Assembly (NCBI RefSeq): GCF_001447785.1
Contig: NW_015165831.1
Coordinates: 1,302,064 to 1,366,063, forward strand
Reading direction: 5' to 3'
Length of the DNA: 64,000 bases
Source: Gekko japonicus
Lineage: Eukaryota
The translations under genes and the position numbers were made by a program. The notes beneath the pieces were generated by a model. The model searched no databases. It saw only the letters and a list, made by a program, of their open reading frames with translations, and had not been told where the DNA came from. Shown one piece after another: positions 25,353 to 37,392 of the stretch (position 1 is its first letter; each line of letters opens with the position of its first letter).

Positions 25353-26855
25353 TTAGTCCTCCACAATGTTATACACAGCCAGGTTAAAGGCCTTTCCGCT
25401 TTCTCTGGCCCGCCGGCAGTCTGATGTCTTGCAGCCTCGATGGCGCACAGCAAGGCTGGCCTTGCGGCTTCGCACTAACGTCATGAGCTTCACCAGTTCC
25501 TGCTCCATCTCTGTGAAGGCCTGAAGAAGGCGGTTTTCCAGCTCCTCTGGCCTTGAGAGGGCCACTTCCTGCTGAGGAGAGGGAAAGGAAGGACCTTAAT
25601 TAGACAGGACCATGGTGGCCATAGTTGAAAATCTTTTATTTTCCCTTCTTTCCCCCCGGAAGGCTGGATTTGATACCAGCACTACCCCTTCCATTAAAGG
25701 CTGTCTGACATTCAACATGGGATGTAGACATGTCATGTCGCCTTAAGATCAGGGTCTGATCCATCTCCCCACATTCCTTCATCTATCCAGATGAAGAAAT
25801 CTGGAGCGCATGATACATGGTTCTTCACACTCTCTATGTAGGACGCTTGCTCATCTCCCTTGTGACTTTAGTGGAGCTCTGAGTGATTTTGATCCAGGAT
25901 GGAGTATGCAGCCTGAATATTTCGGGATAGAGGTTGTTTAAAGAGGGGAGAGGCTGAAGGGCTACGCTTGGAGGACCTCTTCAGCCTACATGAAGCTGCC
26001 TTATACTGAATCAGGCCATTGGTCCATCAAAGTCAGTAGTATCTACTCAGACTGGCAGTGGCTCTCCAAAGTCTCAGGCTGAGGTCTTTCACATCACCTC
26101 CTACTTGGTCCTTCTGAATGGAGATGCCAAGGATTGAACTTGGGACCTTCTGCATGCCAAGCAGAGGCTCTACCACTGAGCCAGGGCACATCCCAGTGTG
26201 TTCATTGATGGGGGGATAATATCATGAGGGGCTTCAGGGGAAGGTGCTGCTACTTAGATACAAAAAGCCATGTATCGTACAATCACTTCTTATCCAGGAG
26301 TAGGGCTGCCAATCTCTGAGCTGGGGAATTCCTGGAGATTTGGGAGTAGAGCTCGGGAAGGACTGAGTTTGGGAGGGGGAGGAACCCCAGAGGGGAATAA
26401 TGCCACAGAGTCCACCTTTCCATTTTCTCCAGGGGGACTGGCCACTGTAGTCTGGGGATCAGTTGCATTTCCATGAGATCTCCAGTTCCCCACCTGCAGA
26501 TTGGCAACCCTGTCCAAGAGATCAGTGAGACCAAGGCTGTCTCCAAATCCATCTGGCTCCACACCCACTACTGGTGCTCAGCCTCTGCCAGAGAGAATTG
26601 GGTTAAAAAAAACACCCTGCATGATCTGAATGAAGCAAAACAAGAGGATTACCCCTTCACCTTTCTTTCCTCTGCCTTCTCCTCATTGGGCATCTCAAAG
26701 CTACGTTTTGTCCCAATTGCCAGCAGCACCAAAACCACGGTAGAGATAAATACCCAGACCTCCCATGGGCTAGATTCCTTCTGTCCATCGACTGTAGCTT
26801 TGGCTCCAGCAAAGCATCCCTGGCAGAAGCAGAACACCCACATCAGAATGAGCAT
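25353..26855 (-). CDS. FAM209-like single-pass membrane protein B, 2 exons (26855-26661, 25571-25353), about 137 aa
   Basis: ACCATG start; MLILMWVFCFCQGCFA signal peptide, VWVFISTVVLVLLAIG TM, exon ends ERK|GTGAAG (phase 0). Acceptor tttccctctcctcag|CAG (NAGNAG); exon 2 has AFTEMEQELVKLMTLVRSRKASLA and C-terminal NLAVYNIVED*. AATAAA on - strand at 25296-25301. Confidence 0.75.
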
Positions 26856-27372
26856 GGTTAATGGCAGAGTGGTGAAATCTTGTGGGCAAAGTGGACCATA
26901 GCGCACAGCTGTGACATCACAGATAAACCAAACCCATTGGCCACTGGCTTGTGGGGTTCTAGTGACACAGGCAGTGAATTCCATTGGCTCACCAGAGTAC
27001 TGGTCTCCTGGCTGGCCGTGCCTTATTCCAGTAATTAGGAAGGCCAGCCTCCAGGTGGGACCTGGAGATCCCCCGGAATTATAGCTCATCTCCAGACTAC
27101 AGACATAATTTCCCCTGGAGAAAATGGATGCTTTGGTAGGTAGACTCTATGGTGTTGTACCCCACTGGGGTCCCTGTCCTCCCCAGGCTCCATCCCCAAA
27201 TCTCCAGGAGTTTCCCAACCTGGATCTGGCAACCCTACAGTGGCCAGGGGGAAACTGGCACTATTCCAGCTGGAATCAAAGAATTCTGTCCTTAGCTAAG
27301 AAATGTCCTGCCTCATCTCTTGAAAAAAGGAAGCTGCTGAAATGGACCTTGTGGTATGGATCTTGTTCCACT

Positions 27373-27714
27373 CAGGGGTCATTTCGTAGAAAAAGAGCTA
27401 GGGGAACTCATTAGCATAACTCATTAGCATATGCCACACCCCCTGACATCAGGGGCGTGGCGGTGGACCTGCAAGGCCAGCAGGAGTGCGAGGAAGCCCC
27501 GCCAAGGCCCTCCCTGGCCCCAGGCAGGCAGGGGTGGGGAGAGGCGGGGAGGAAGCAACTTACCCTCCCTCTTCTCCTGCCTCCTCCTGTCTGAATGAGG
27601 GCTGGAAGCGGGGCGGCTGGAAGCAGGGGGCGGGGCTTCGTCATGTGCCCCGCCCCCTGCACCTCACCCGGGGGAACTGCGTTCCCCCCGCGTTCCCCCC
27701 CGAAATGACCTCTG
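27373..27714. mobile_element. 342-bp hAT MITE family copy, opposite orientation
   Basis: TSD GTTCCACT. Confidence 0.9.
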
Positions 27715-29586
27715 GTTCCACTTCAGCCCTGTAAGTCCTTGGAAATTTCTACCATGGCAGCTTCCCAACATGGGATAGTGGGTGGTCATCCTTCCTTGAA
27801 GCTAGTGATACAGTAGTACGAGTGTGCTTGCACATGAAAGCTTTTTTTGTTGTTCAGTCGCACAGTCGAAAGCTTAGACCTTGAATAAAACTTTGTTGGT
27901 CTTAAAGATGCCACTGGACTCAAACTTTGTTCTTGAAGTACCAAGTGGGAGAGTTTCTCCTCAGATTGGAGTTTGTGTCTGAATGTTGTCTCTTGAGGGT
28001 GGGTGGGTGTATAAAACAATTCCCACAAGTAGGGAAATACCACGTCATCTCTCCTCCTCAGCATGCTAGGGTTCTGTTTGGTTTCAAGCAGGTTGCTCTT
28101 AACAGGGGAGAATTCAAACCGGAACCCAGAATCAGGAAAACTGGCCCTTGTAGGGAAGAGGAGAAGCAGGGCTGTCCACTGGGACCATTCAAACGTGACG
28201 TGACGCAATGCAGGAGACGTTTTATTGCTTGATTCCGCTAACATAAATGGATTCTTCCAGCTCTGAGCTGGTCCAATTCTTCATACCTCTGGAGAATTCT
28301 GAGGCAGAAATGCTATGCACGCTTTCTTCAGAATGTCTCTCTGAAACCAGTGGGGATTACCCACATACACATCTGTTGGCTATCCCACCACTTAGGGTGG
28401 CCTGTCTGGCATCCACCACACAGCTCAGGCCTTTTCCATTGTGGCACTGGCTCAGTGGGATGGGGTCCTGGAAGGGGTGAGGGCCCCCCTCCCTGGAGAT
28501 CTTCAGGAGGCACTGAAAGGCCTGCCTGTTTGCCAGAGCTTGGGGGGGGGGTTGAATGGCATTTTAAAGGGATGGGGGAGAGATTTGGGGTTTGCTATTT
28601 TATTTTTGAGTTCAACTGTCACGGAGGGAGCCTAAAGAAGGGCAAAGCAGTTGTGCTCTGCTCCCTCCTCCAGGAAACAAGGGCTAGTTGTTGCCGTGGG
28701 ATGACCAAGGGAGTTATGCTATTATTTTGGGCTGCGGAAGAGAGTCCATGACCTGAAGGGCCCAGGCTAGGCCAACCGTGTCAGATCGCAGAAACTAAGC
28801 AGGGTTGGCCCTGATTAGTACTGGGATGGGAGACTGCCAGGGAAGCGAAGTCCAGGCTCACTACGCAGAGGCAGGCAATGGTGAACCAACTCTATTAGTC
28901 TCTCGCCTTGAAAACCCTACAGGGTCACCGTAAGTTGGCTGTGACTTGATGGCACTTTCCACCAGAGGGGCCAACACCACATCTCCCAGTCTTGGACAGC
29001 TGGAAATAGCACGCTGGCATTACGCTGCCTAAGCATCATGTGGCGACAAGGAAGCTCTAAGAAAGCTCACGGGCAGGGTGTTCCTCAAAGAACTGGTGGC
29101 AGGTCAATGCCAACGTAGGTTAGACGGTAGACTTTTACTGGACAAAACCAGGAACATACAAATGCTCTCATTAACACACAGTTCCTCATCATCAGAGAGA
29201 TGTATGAGAAAAGAAAATCAGTCTATCGTATCTGTTCACCAAGGATGCATATGTGCAGCTACTTCATGTGATTGGTTTTCAAATATATATATATATACAT
29301 TATATACACACACACACACACACACATATATACACACATGCACTCTTCTAAACTAATGGTATTTATTTCTTTGTTTACATTATTTATGGTTCACCTTTCT
29401 GACTGGAACTCAAGGCAGATTACACAGAGGGAGCCAATATAATCCACAGGGCGGGACATTCAGTAAACAATGAAAAAGGATTTGGATTGTAGAACCAACC
29501 AGAAGTCAAAACACAGAACTGAAGCAAACACTAAATGACATCAAATTACGTAGGATCCAATTTATGGCAGACTATACACAGTAGTA

Positions 29587-29937
29587 AGGGAGCTGCGGTG
29601 GCTCAAGTGGTTAAGACGCTGAACTGCAGGCTGTGGAAGGTCGGTAGTTCAGCAGTTCGAGACCCGAGTGCACCGCATGACAGAGAAGCTCCCGTCTCTA
29701 GTTCCACCTCCTGCCAACCTAACAGTTCGAAAGCAAGAAATTGCAACTAGATAAGTAAGTACCACTTCAGTGGGAAGGTAACAGCGTTCCGTGCGCCTTG
29801 GTGTTTAGTCATGCCGGCCACATGACCACGGCTGGCTCTTCGGACAGCGCTGGCTCTTCGGCTTTGAAACGGAGATGAGCACCGTAACCCTAGAGTCAGA
29901 TTCGACTGGCTTTCGAGCAAGGGAACCTTTACCTTTT
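29587..29937 (+). mobile_element. Sauria SINE, full length
   Basis: GGGAGCTGCGGTGGCTCAAGTGGTTAAG head, ACCTTT tail, 14-bp TSD TATACACAGTAGTA. Confidence 0.9.
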
Positions 29938-31135
29938 TATACACAGTAGTATGAATGACGGTCCCTAATAATTTGTCCAAGTAATTTTGTGAATCATTTT
30001 GTACAGTACTACCCTATTGCCTTGGTAGAAAAGCCCTCTTGAAAATTATCTTTCCACATTGCAAACTCAGCCATGTTGCAAATTGACCTCTTAACCTTTC
30101 TCTCTTGCCAGCCACTGGGCCTCTCCAAGTAGAGTTTTGAAGCGGGNNNNNNNNNNNNNNNNNNNNNNNNNNNNNNNNNNNNNNNNNNNNNNNNNNNNNN
30201 NNNNNNNNNNNNNNNNNNNNNNNNNNNNNNNNNNNNNNNNNNNNNNNNNNNNNNNNNNNNNNNNNNNNNNNNNNNNNNNNNNNNNNNNNNNNNNNNNNNN
30301 NNNNNNNNNNNNNNNNNNNNNNNNNNNNNNNNNNNNNNNNNCGGAAATTGGAAAGTCTACACCCTAATGGGCCAAGTGTCCTGTTAGGCAGTGGAAAGGG
30401 AAGAAAGGGAATGCAGTGGCTTTCCAGGTTGCTCACAGACAGTGTCAAGGGTCAGCACAGTGAGGCAATTGCCTAGGCCTAACATCTAGCAAAGGGTCTG
30501 CAGATTGGAGACAGGCAGCCTATCTGCTCCTCAGAAGCTACTTATAAACATTGCCTGTGATGTCCCAGGGGCGATATCCCATTTCCTGCTGGGGGAAAAG
30601 CACTGTTCTTTTGTTCTTCTTGCTGACGCTGCCTAGGGGGCCTAAAAAAGGGCAAAACGCTTGCGCTCTGCTCAGTTCCTCCAGGGTTTGTCTGTGCATG
30701 CACTTGAAAGAGCAGTGTGCTCACTGGAAGGGGGCAACATCTGGCAGCATACTGGCCAATCTCCCCCCCCCCAGAAACCAGCAGATGATCCTTTGTAGCC
30801 CACTATCTCCCAATGCTAATGCAATCCACACAGCCCCTTCCCCAAGTCCAAAAACGGAGAGCCAAGAAAGGCTCTCAGCTTCATACTGTGGGCGATGGGG
30901 GAGTGTCCATCTAAAACAGGCGAGCTGCCCTGTGAGTTGTCTCAGAGAGTTGAAATCAGCCACAGACTTACAGGGTAGCTGCCCTGGTTAAGCCACCCTC
31001 TCTGTTTTTGATTGTCTTATCTGGACTTTTCTCTCTGGAGTTTGGGCCGTGGTCCATTATTCCTTTCCTCCCTCTTATCCTCACAACAGTAAAAAGCTCT
31101 GTAGCACCTTTAAGACTAGCAAACTTTATTGTAGC

Positions 31136-31461
31136 TAGGGTTGCAAAATCCGTCTTCGCCGGGAGCGGGGGGCTCCCGGCCGGTGTCGGGGGGGNNNNNN
31201 NNNNNNNNNNNNNNNNNNNNNNNNNNNNNNNNNNNNNNNNNNNCCCACTGGGGATGGGGCCACGGCCATACAAGGGAAAACCATAGAGTTTTCCCTTGTA
31301 TGGCCGTGGCCCCGCCCCCAGCGTGCCCGGTGTGCCCATGTCACTTGCTAGTGACGCGCAAGCCGGGGGCGGGGTTCCCCCGGGGCCCGATTCCGTCGCG
31401 TCGGAAATCGGCCCTTCAAAGCAGGGGATTCCCCGCCCCCCGCCCACATTTGGCAGCCCTA
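31136..31461. mobile_element. GC-rich TAGGGTT-TIR hAT element interrupting a Penelope remnant (relative at about 21816-22130)
   Basis: TSD ATTGTAGC; internal hairpin. Confidence 0.88.
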
Positions 31462-31467
31462 ATTGTA

Positions 31468-31507
31468 GCATAAGCTTTCGAGAAACACAGCTCTCTTCGT
31501 CAGATGC
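31468..31507 (-). ncRNA. Minimal hammerhead ribozyme motif (Penelope-type)
   Basis: - strand GCAU-CUGACGA-AGAGA..UUCUC-GAAA-GC-UU-AUGC: intact core, stems I and II, palindromic AGCU helix III. Confidence 0.6.
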
Positions 31508-32302
31508 ATTTTTTACTATTTTGCAGCAACAGACTAACATGGCTAACTCCTCTGGATCTTATCCTCACAACAACCCTAAGACGTAGGTCAGGCTGACAGA
31601 CAAAAATGGGCCCTACGTAAGAAATGACTGGGAGGAAAATTCTTCTACATTCTTAACAAATGTGGCATTGTGAATGTCAGTGCAATGAAGACAGATGGAG
31701 ACCATCTCCATTTAGCCATGAAGCTTCTTTGGACCAGTCATTCCTTCTCAATCTAACATACTTAGCAGGGTTGTTGTGGGGATAATACAGGGTTTGTGAG
31801 GAAAAATGGGATAAAAATGTACTAGAAAGAATATTGTTTCAGAGGGTAGCCATGTTGGTCTGCCGTAGAACACTTCAATTTGAGTCCAGTAGCACCCTAG
31901 AGACCAACAAGAGTTACTGGACTCAAATCTAGATAAAATATGAGGAAGATCAGGAAGGTTACATGGGAGCTAGGACCTGGTAGATGGGAATGAAGCAAAA
32001 GACAGACTGGCCCTCCTCCCACTCTAATTCTCCCCCATCCCCAAATTGCCCAGGTCTTGGCAATCCTACCCTGCCTCTGTCTGAGCCTTTAATGTGGCCT
32101 AAGGCAGAAGAGATGTTCAGTAACCGAGTCAGATGGGTTCGTCTCACCAGTCCCGAATACAGTCCTTTCTGGAGGGCCACTTTGGACAGTACAACCATGT
32201 GCTAGGCAACTGGTATTGAGGTTAACTGGTTTGGTTAATCCAGTCACCATTAGTTAGCAGAGTGCTTAAATAAAGCTACAAATACAGGAGTGTATTACCA
32301 GG

Positions 32303-33277
32303 TTGTTGTTGCTGTTCAGTCGCACAGTCGAGTCCGACTCTTCTTGACCCCATGGACCAGCTCCTGCCAGGCCCTCCGGTCTTCCGCCATCCTCTGAAGT
32401 TTGCTCAACTTCATGTTCGTTGCATCGATGACACTGTCTAACCATCTCATCCTTTGCCATCCCCGTCTTCTTTGACCTTCAATCTTTCCCAGCATCAGGG
32501 TCTTCTCCAGTGAGTGCTCCCTTCTCATTTGGTGGCCAAAGTATTTGAGCTTCAGTTTCATTATCTGGCCTTCCAGGGAACAGTCAGGGTTGATTTCTTT
32601 TAGGATTGACTGATTTGTTCTTCTTGCAGTCCAAGGGACTCTCAAGAGTCTTCTCCAGCACCATAGTTCAAAACAATCTATTCTTCGGCGCTCGGCCTTC
32701 CTTATAGTCCAACTCTCGCAGCCATACATGACTACTGGGAATACCATTGCTTTGACCATGCAGACTTTTGTTGGCAGGGTGATGTCTCTACTTTTTATCA
32801 TGCTGTTTAGGTTCGCCATCGCTTTCCTCCCAAGGAGCAGGCGTCTTTTAATTTCATGACTGCTGTCACAGTCTGCGGTGATCTGGGATCCCCGGAACGT
32901 GAAGTCTGTCACTACTTCCACGACTTCTCCTTCTATTTGCCAAGGAGTGATGGGGCCGGATGCCATGATCTTAGTTTTGTTGATGTTGAGCTTCAAGCCC
33001 ACTTTTGCGCTCTCCTCTTTTACTCTGAGCAAGAGGCTCTTTAGATCCTTTTCACTTTCAGCCATTAGAGTGGTATCATCTGCATATCTGAGGTTGTTGA
33101 TCTTTTCCCCAGCAATCTTAATTCCCGCTTGTGATTCATCCAGGCCAGCATTTCGCATGATGTACTCTGCATATATATTAAATAAGCAAGGTGACAATAT
33201 ACATCCTTGTCGTACTCCTTTTCCTATGCTAAACCAATCAGTTGTTCCATATCCGGTTCTAACTGTTGCTTCTTGGC
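32303..33277 (-). mobile_element. 5'-truncated RTE-clade LINE (BovB-like), open RT C-terminal ORF 33197-32316
   Basis: INNLRYADDTTL, ELWCWRRLLRVPWTARR motifs; (AAC)n tail; probable TSD CCAGGTT. Confidence 0.93.
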
Positions 33278-33679
33278 CAGGTTACTCAGCTTAAAAAACT
33301 ACACAGAGTCACACTGCAAGTTTAGAAGAGAAACACTTCTCTTTTTATTTGAGAAGTACACTTTGGATAGGAAAGAGCTTGTTATGTCTTCACTGTATCA
33401 AATGTCATGTTAAGCTTGAGACCTTAGCCAGGATTCTAAGCTGGAACAATCCTATTGGCTAATGTATAATTGTAACCAATCAGAAGTCAGAGAACTGTGC
33501 TGGAGGGAACAAATCTGATTGGTTGTTATCTTTACAATGCTACTGATCCTTAAGTATTCTAGGGCGTGGCTACACCAGCCTGAGATAGTTTAAAAGGGAG
33601 CTATGCTCCACTTTTTGTTGTTCTGTGTTCTTCTGAGGTTCCTGTTATTAATAAAACTGATTTCACTGTTACTTACGAC

Positions 33680-33997
33680 CAGAGGTCATTTCGGGGGGGG
33701 GGACACGGGGGAACGCAGTCCCCCCGGGTGAGGTGCAGGGGGCGGGGCACATGACGAAGCCCTGCCCCCTGCTTCCGGCCACCTTGCTTCCAGCCCTCAT
33801 TCAGCCAGGAGGAGGCAGGAGAAGAGGGAGGGTAAGTTGCTTCCTCCTGGGGCCAGGGAGGGCCTTGGCAGGGCTTCCTCGCACTCCCGCTGGCCTTGCA
33901 GGTCCACCGCCGGGTCCCTGATGTCAGGGGGTGTGGAATATGCTAATGAGTTATGCTAATGAGTTCCCCTAGCTCTTTTTCTACGAAATGACCCCTG
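33680..33997. mobile_element. hAT MITE inserted in the Gypsy 5' LTR
   Basis: TSD CTTACGAC; absent from the 3' LTR. Confidence 0.92.
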
Positions 33998-36900
33998 CTT
34001 ACGACTGGGCATGGAGTTCAATAGGTAACAATTGGCGACGAAGGTGGGATACTAAGAGCAGGTAGTCAGCCCCGCTGAACAGACGACAGGATGGAGAACA
34101 AAGACACACACCCGGCCGAGCCAGCTGAGGCACCACTTGCCGTTGTGGTCGCTCCAACCGCTGCGATGGCTGTCAACCCGGCGTTCGAGGTGTTAGAACC
34201 GGGAATGGAGGACTGGGATTCATACCTGTCCAGGTTTGAATTCCATCTACAGGCGAACTAGATCATGGACGAGGCGAGGAAGAAGGCAACACTGCTCAGC
34301 TTCTGCGGCAAAACCGTCTTCAAAGTCGCCCGGTCCCTGGTTGCCCCAACTGACATTCAGACAGCGACATGGAAGGTCATCACAGACTGGCTGAAGGCTC
34401 ACTTCTCGGGCCCAACCGAGTCCATTGCCGAGTACATCACTGCTCTGCGGAAAGCAGCACGCACCTGCAACTTCACCAACCTCGAGGAAGCTCTTCTCGA
34501 TTGTCTCATGTGTGGTCTGTGGGACGAGAGGATGCAGCAGCGCCTGTTCGCCAAAACAGCGCTCACATACAACGTGGCCTACACAGAGGCTGTCGCTGCC
34601 GAGGCTGCCGAGAGGTCAACGCGACAGGTCCATCAGCGCCATTCCCAGACCGGGAAGGACCAGTCAGTGCACCACCAGTCAACCAGTGGGTCCGAAGAGG
34701 AGACCGATGACGTACATCGGACGCAAGCCGCACGACACAGGCAGACCCCTGTGAAGACTGCATCGCAATGCTCCTGCGCAGGTTGTGGCGGAAGTCACGA
34801 GCGGGACCAGTGTTGGGCGCAAGACTTCATCTGCCGCACCTGTGGGAAATGGGGCCATTTGGCAAGGGTCTGCCAGGCCAAGAAGAAATCACCACCGTTG
34901 TCTCCTGCTGCAAGGCCTCGAGTTCGAGTCAAGGACGGCGAGCGGTCTGCCAACTGCCACCGGACCGATTGCTGCACCTGCCCGTCGACAGTCCTGAGCA
35001 CTGGAGCAAGCCCCAGAGGGAAGATCCTGGTCACCATTCGGCTAGACGATGTTCCTTGCGACATGGAGGTCGACTCCGAATCTGCCATGACTGTCATTTC
35101 GTCGCAGACCTGGCAACGTTTGTTCCCGCGGAGGAGTCGCCGCCACCTGACACCGTCAACTGCGCACCTCTTCAATTTTCAAGGGCGGCGTATTCCACTG
35201 GCTGGCCAGGCCAGTTTTGAAGTGGAGTTCAAGGGTCGCAAGGTATCATTGTCCCTCCTTGTTGCTGAGGGAGACCGGGCCAGTCTGTTGGGCCTAGATT
35301 GGTTCAAACCCCTCGGTATTGCTGTAACCAGGGTAAACAAAGTGTGTGTAAATAAAGGGGAATGCATTTATGGTGAGTTCCCAGAGGTTTTTGATGGGGG
35401 GCTTGGTCAGTATACTGGTCCACCTGTGAGGTTCGACCTAGACCCCACAGTAGCGCCTATCTGGTTAAGATATAGGAAGGTTCCAATCTCAATTAAAGCA
35501 AAAATAGAGGCTGAATTAGACAAACTAATCGCTTAAGGTATTCTGGAACCCATTCCTTATGCAAAATGGGAAACTCCTATTGTAACTCCTGTGAAATCTG
35601 ATGGCTCTGTACGTATCTGTGCCGATTATAAGTGTACAATTAATAAGGCTTTGCAACAGCATTCTTATCCGGTGCCAGTGATTAGCCATGTACTGGCGTC
35701 ACTGGGGGGTAGAAAGGTTTTCGCCAAGTTAGATCTAGTGCAAGCGTACCAGCAGCTCCCTGTGGACGCACAAGCTGCTGAAGCCCAAACAATTGTGACC
35801 CACTGGGGTGCGTTCCGTGTAAATAAGTTACAATTTGGGGTCAACGTCGCCCCAGGAATCTTCCAAGGTTTTATGGAAGGTCTGTTACGAGGGTTATCGG
35901 GAGTAGTTCCATACTTTGACAATGTGTTGATTGCAGGATCTAACGAGTCTGAATTACTGAACCGACTAAGGGCGGTCTTGGGTCGCTTCAAAGAAGCGGG
36001 TCTTAAAGTAAAAAAGTCCTTGGAGTATCGCAAGTTGAGTTCCTGGGGTTCCTTATAGACAATCAAGGAGTCCACCCCACGGCAGATAAGATTTCTGCAA
36101 TCCAGAATTGCCCAAGTTTGAAAAAAGAGCTGCAATCATTCCTCGGAATATTAAATTTCTGTCACTCCTTTTTGCCTCACAAAGCCTCTGTGGCCGAACC
36201 GTTGCATGGTTTATTGTATAAGGGGATGAAATGGGAGTGGGGTGCGAAGCACGAGAAAGCATTTGCCTCTGTCATAGCACTTTTGTCATCTAAAGCTGTG
36301 TTAACGCAGTATGATGAGGAAAATGTTACTATTAGCTGTAGACGCTTCCCCGTATGGGGTTGGCGTGGTTTTGAGCCACATCATGGCGGATGGGCGGGAA
36401 GCACCCGTAGCGTACTATTCGTGGTCCCTGATGGCTGCCGAAAAGAACTACACACAGATTGACAAGGAGGCTCTGTGGCGGGAATTTAAAAATTCCACAA
36501 CTTTGTTTATGGCCGCTGGTTCCTCCTTGTCACGGATCACAAGCCGCTGCTGGGACTGTTCTCCCTGGACCAGCAGATGCCCAACGTGATGTCTCCCTGC
36601 ATGTTGTGGTGGGCCATTTTTCTTTCAGCTTATGACTTTGATTTAGAGCACTGACCGGGCAAGGCTATCAGACATGCAGATGCTCTCAGCCATTGCCCTC
36701 TGCCCCAAATGGACGTTGATCCTGCTCCCGCCTTTAAAGTCTTGGCCATTGACGAACTGCCTCAGCCTCCGGTCCACTCCTTGGACATTGCTGCTGCTTC
36801 AGCTAAGAACTCTGTTCTGTCCTGAGTCCTTAACTGGGTTTGGAGGGGGTGGCCGGCAGGTCGTTTTGAACCGGAGTTTTGGCCGTATAGTTCACAGCAA

Positions 36901-37392
36901 ACTGAAGGGATGTTTACTGTGGGGGAACCGGGTGGTGGTACCTCTTAATCTTAGGGAGAGGGTCCTGGAAGCTCTCCACAATGGCCATCCAGGCATAGTG
37001 CACATGAAAGCACTCGCACGCAGCTATGTCTGGTGGCCTAAGCTTGATGCGGACATTGAGGAGTGGGTGACGAACTGTATGGGTTGCCAGCAATCGCGAC
37101 CAGACACTCCTCAGGCTCCCATTTAGCACTGGGAGAGCACTCACAAGCCATGGTCTCGACTTCATGTCGATTTCGCAGAGCCGTTTCAAGGCCAAACATT
37201 TTTTATTATTGTAGATTCATTTTCTAAATGGCTTGAAGTTGTAAATATGCATTCAACGACATCACATGCTGTGATTAATATGTTGCGCCGGGTCTTTGTC
37301 ACCCATGGGCTACCGGACGGTGTCCGACAACGGGGCCCAATTTACCTCTACGGAGTTTGCCAAGTTTCTAGAGGACATACTTATATGGCATG

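Larger units (their letters stand above)
18990..27240. repeat. Dense cluster of about 200-bp TAGGGTTGCCA-TIR MITEs (more than a dozen copies; others at about 4565, 15677, 41970, 53070, 60350)
   Basis: Recurrent core CTCCAGACTACAGAGATCAGTTCCCCTGGAGAAAATGGCTGCTTTGGAGGGTGGACTCTATGG in both orientations. Confidence 0.85.

Noticed and set aside
26647-26653. Alternative donor GG|GTAATC for FAM209-like B exon 1
   Set aside because: Phase 2, out of frame with both NAGNAG acceptors; the phase-0 donor at 26660 matches gene A.
34265-35536. 423-aa Gag-protease ORF as a domesticated gene
   Set aside because: Upstream in-frame stop, protease DSG changed to DSE, RT YxDD changed to YFDN, frameshifts downstream: ordinary decay.
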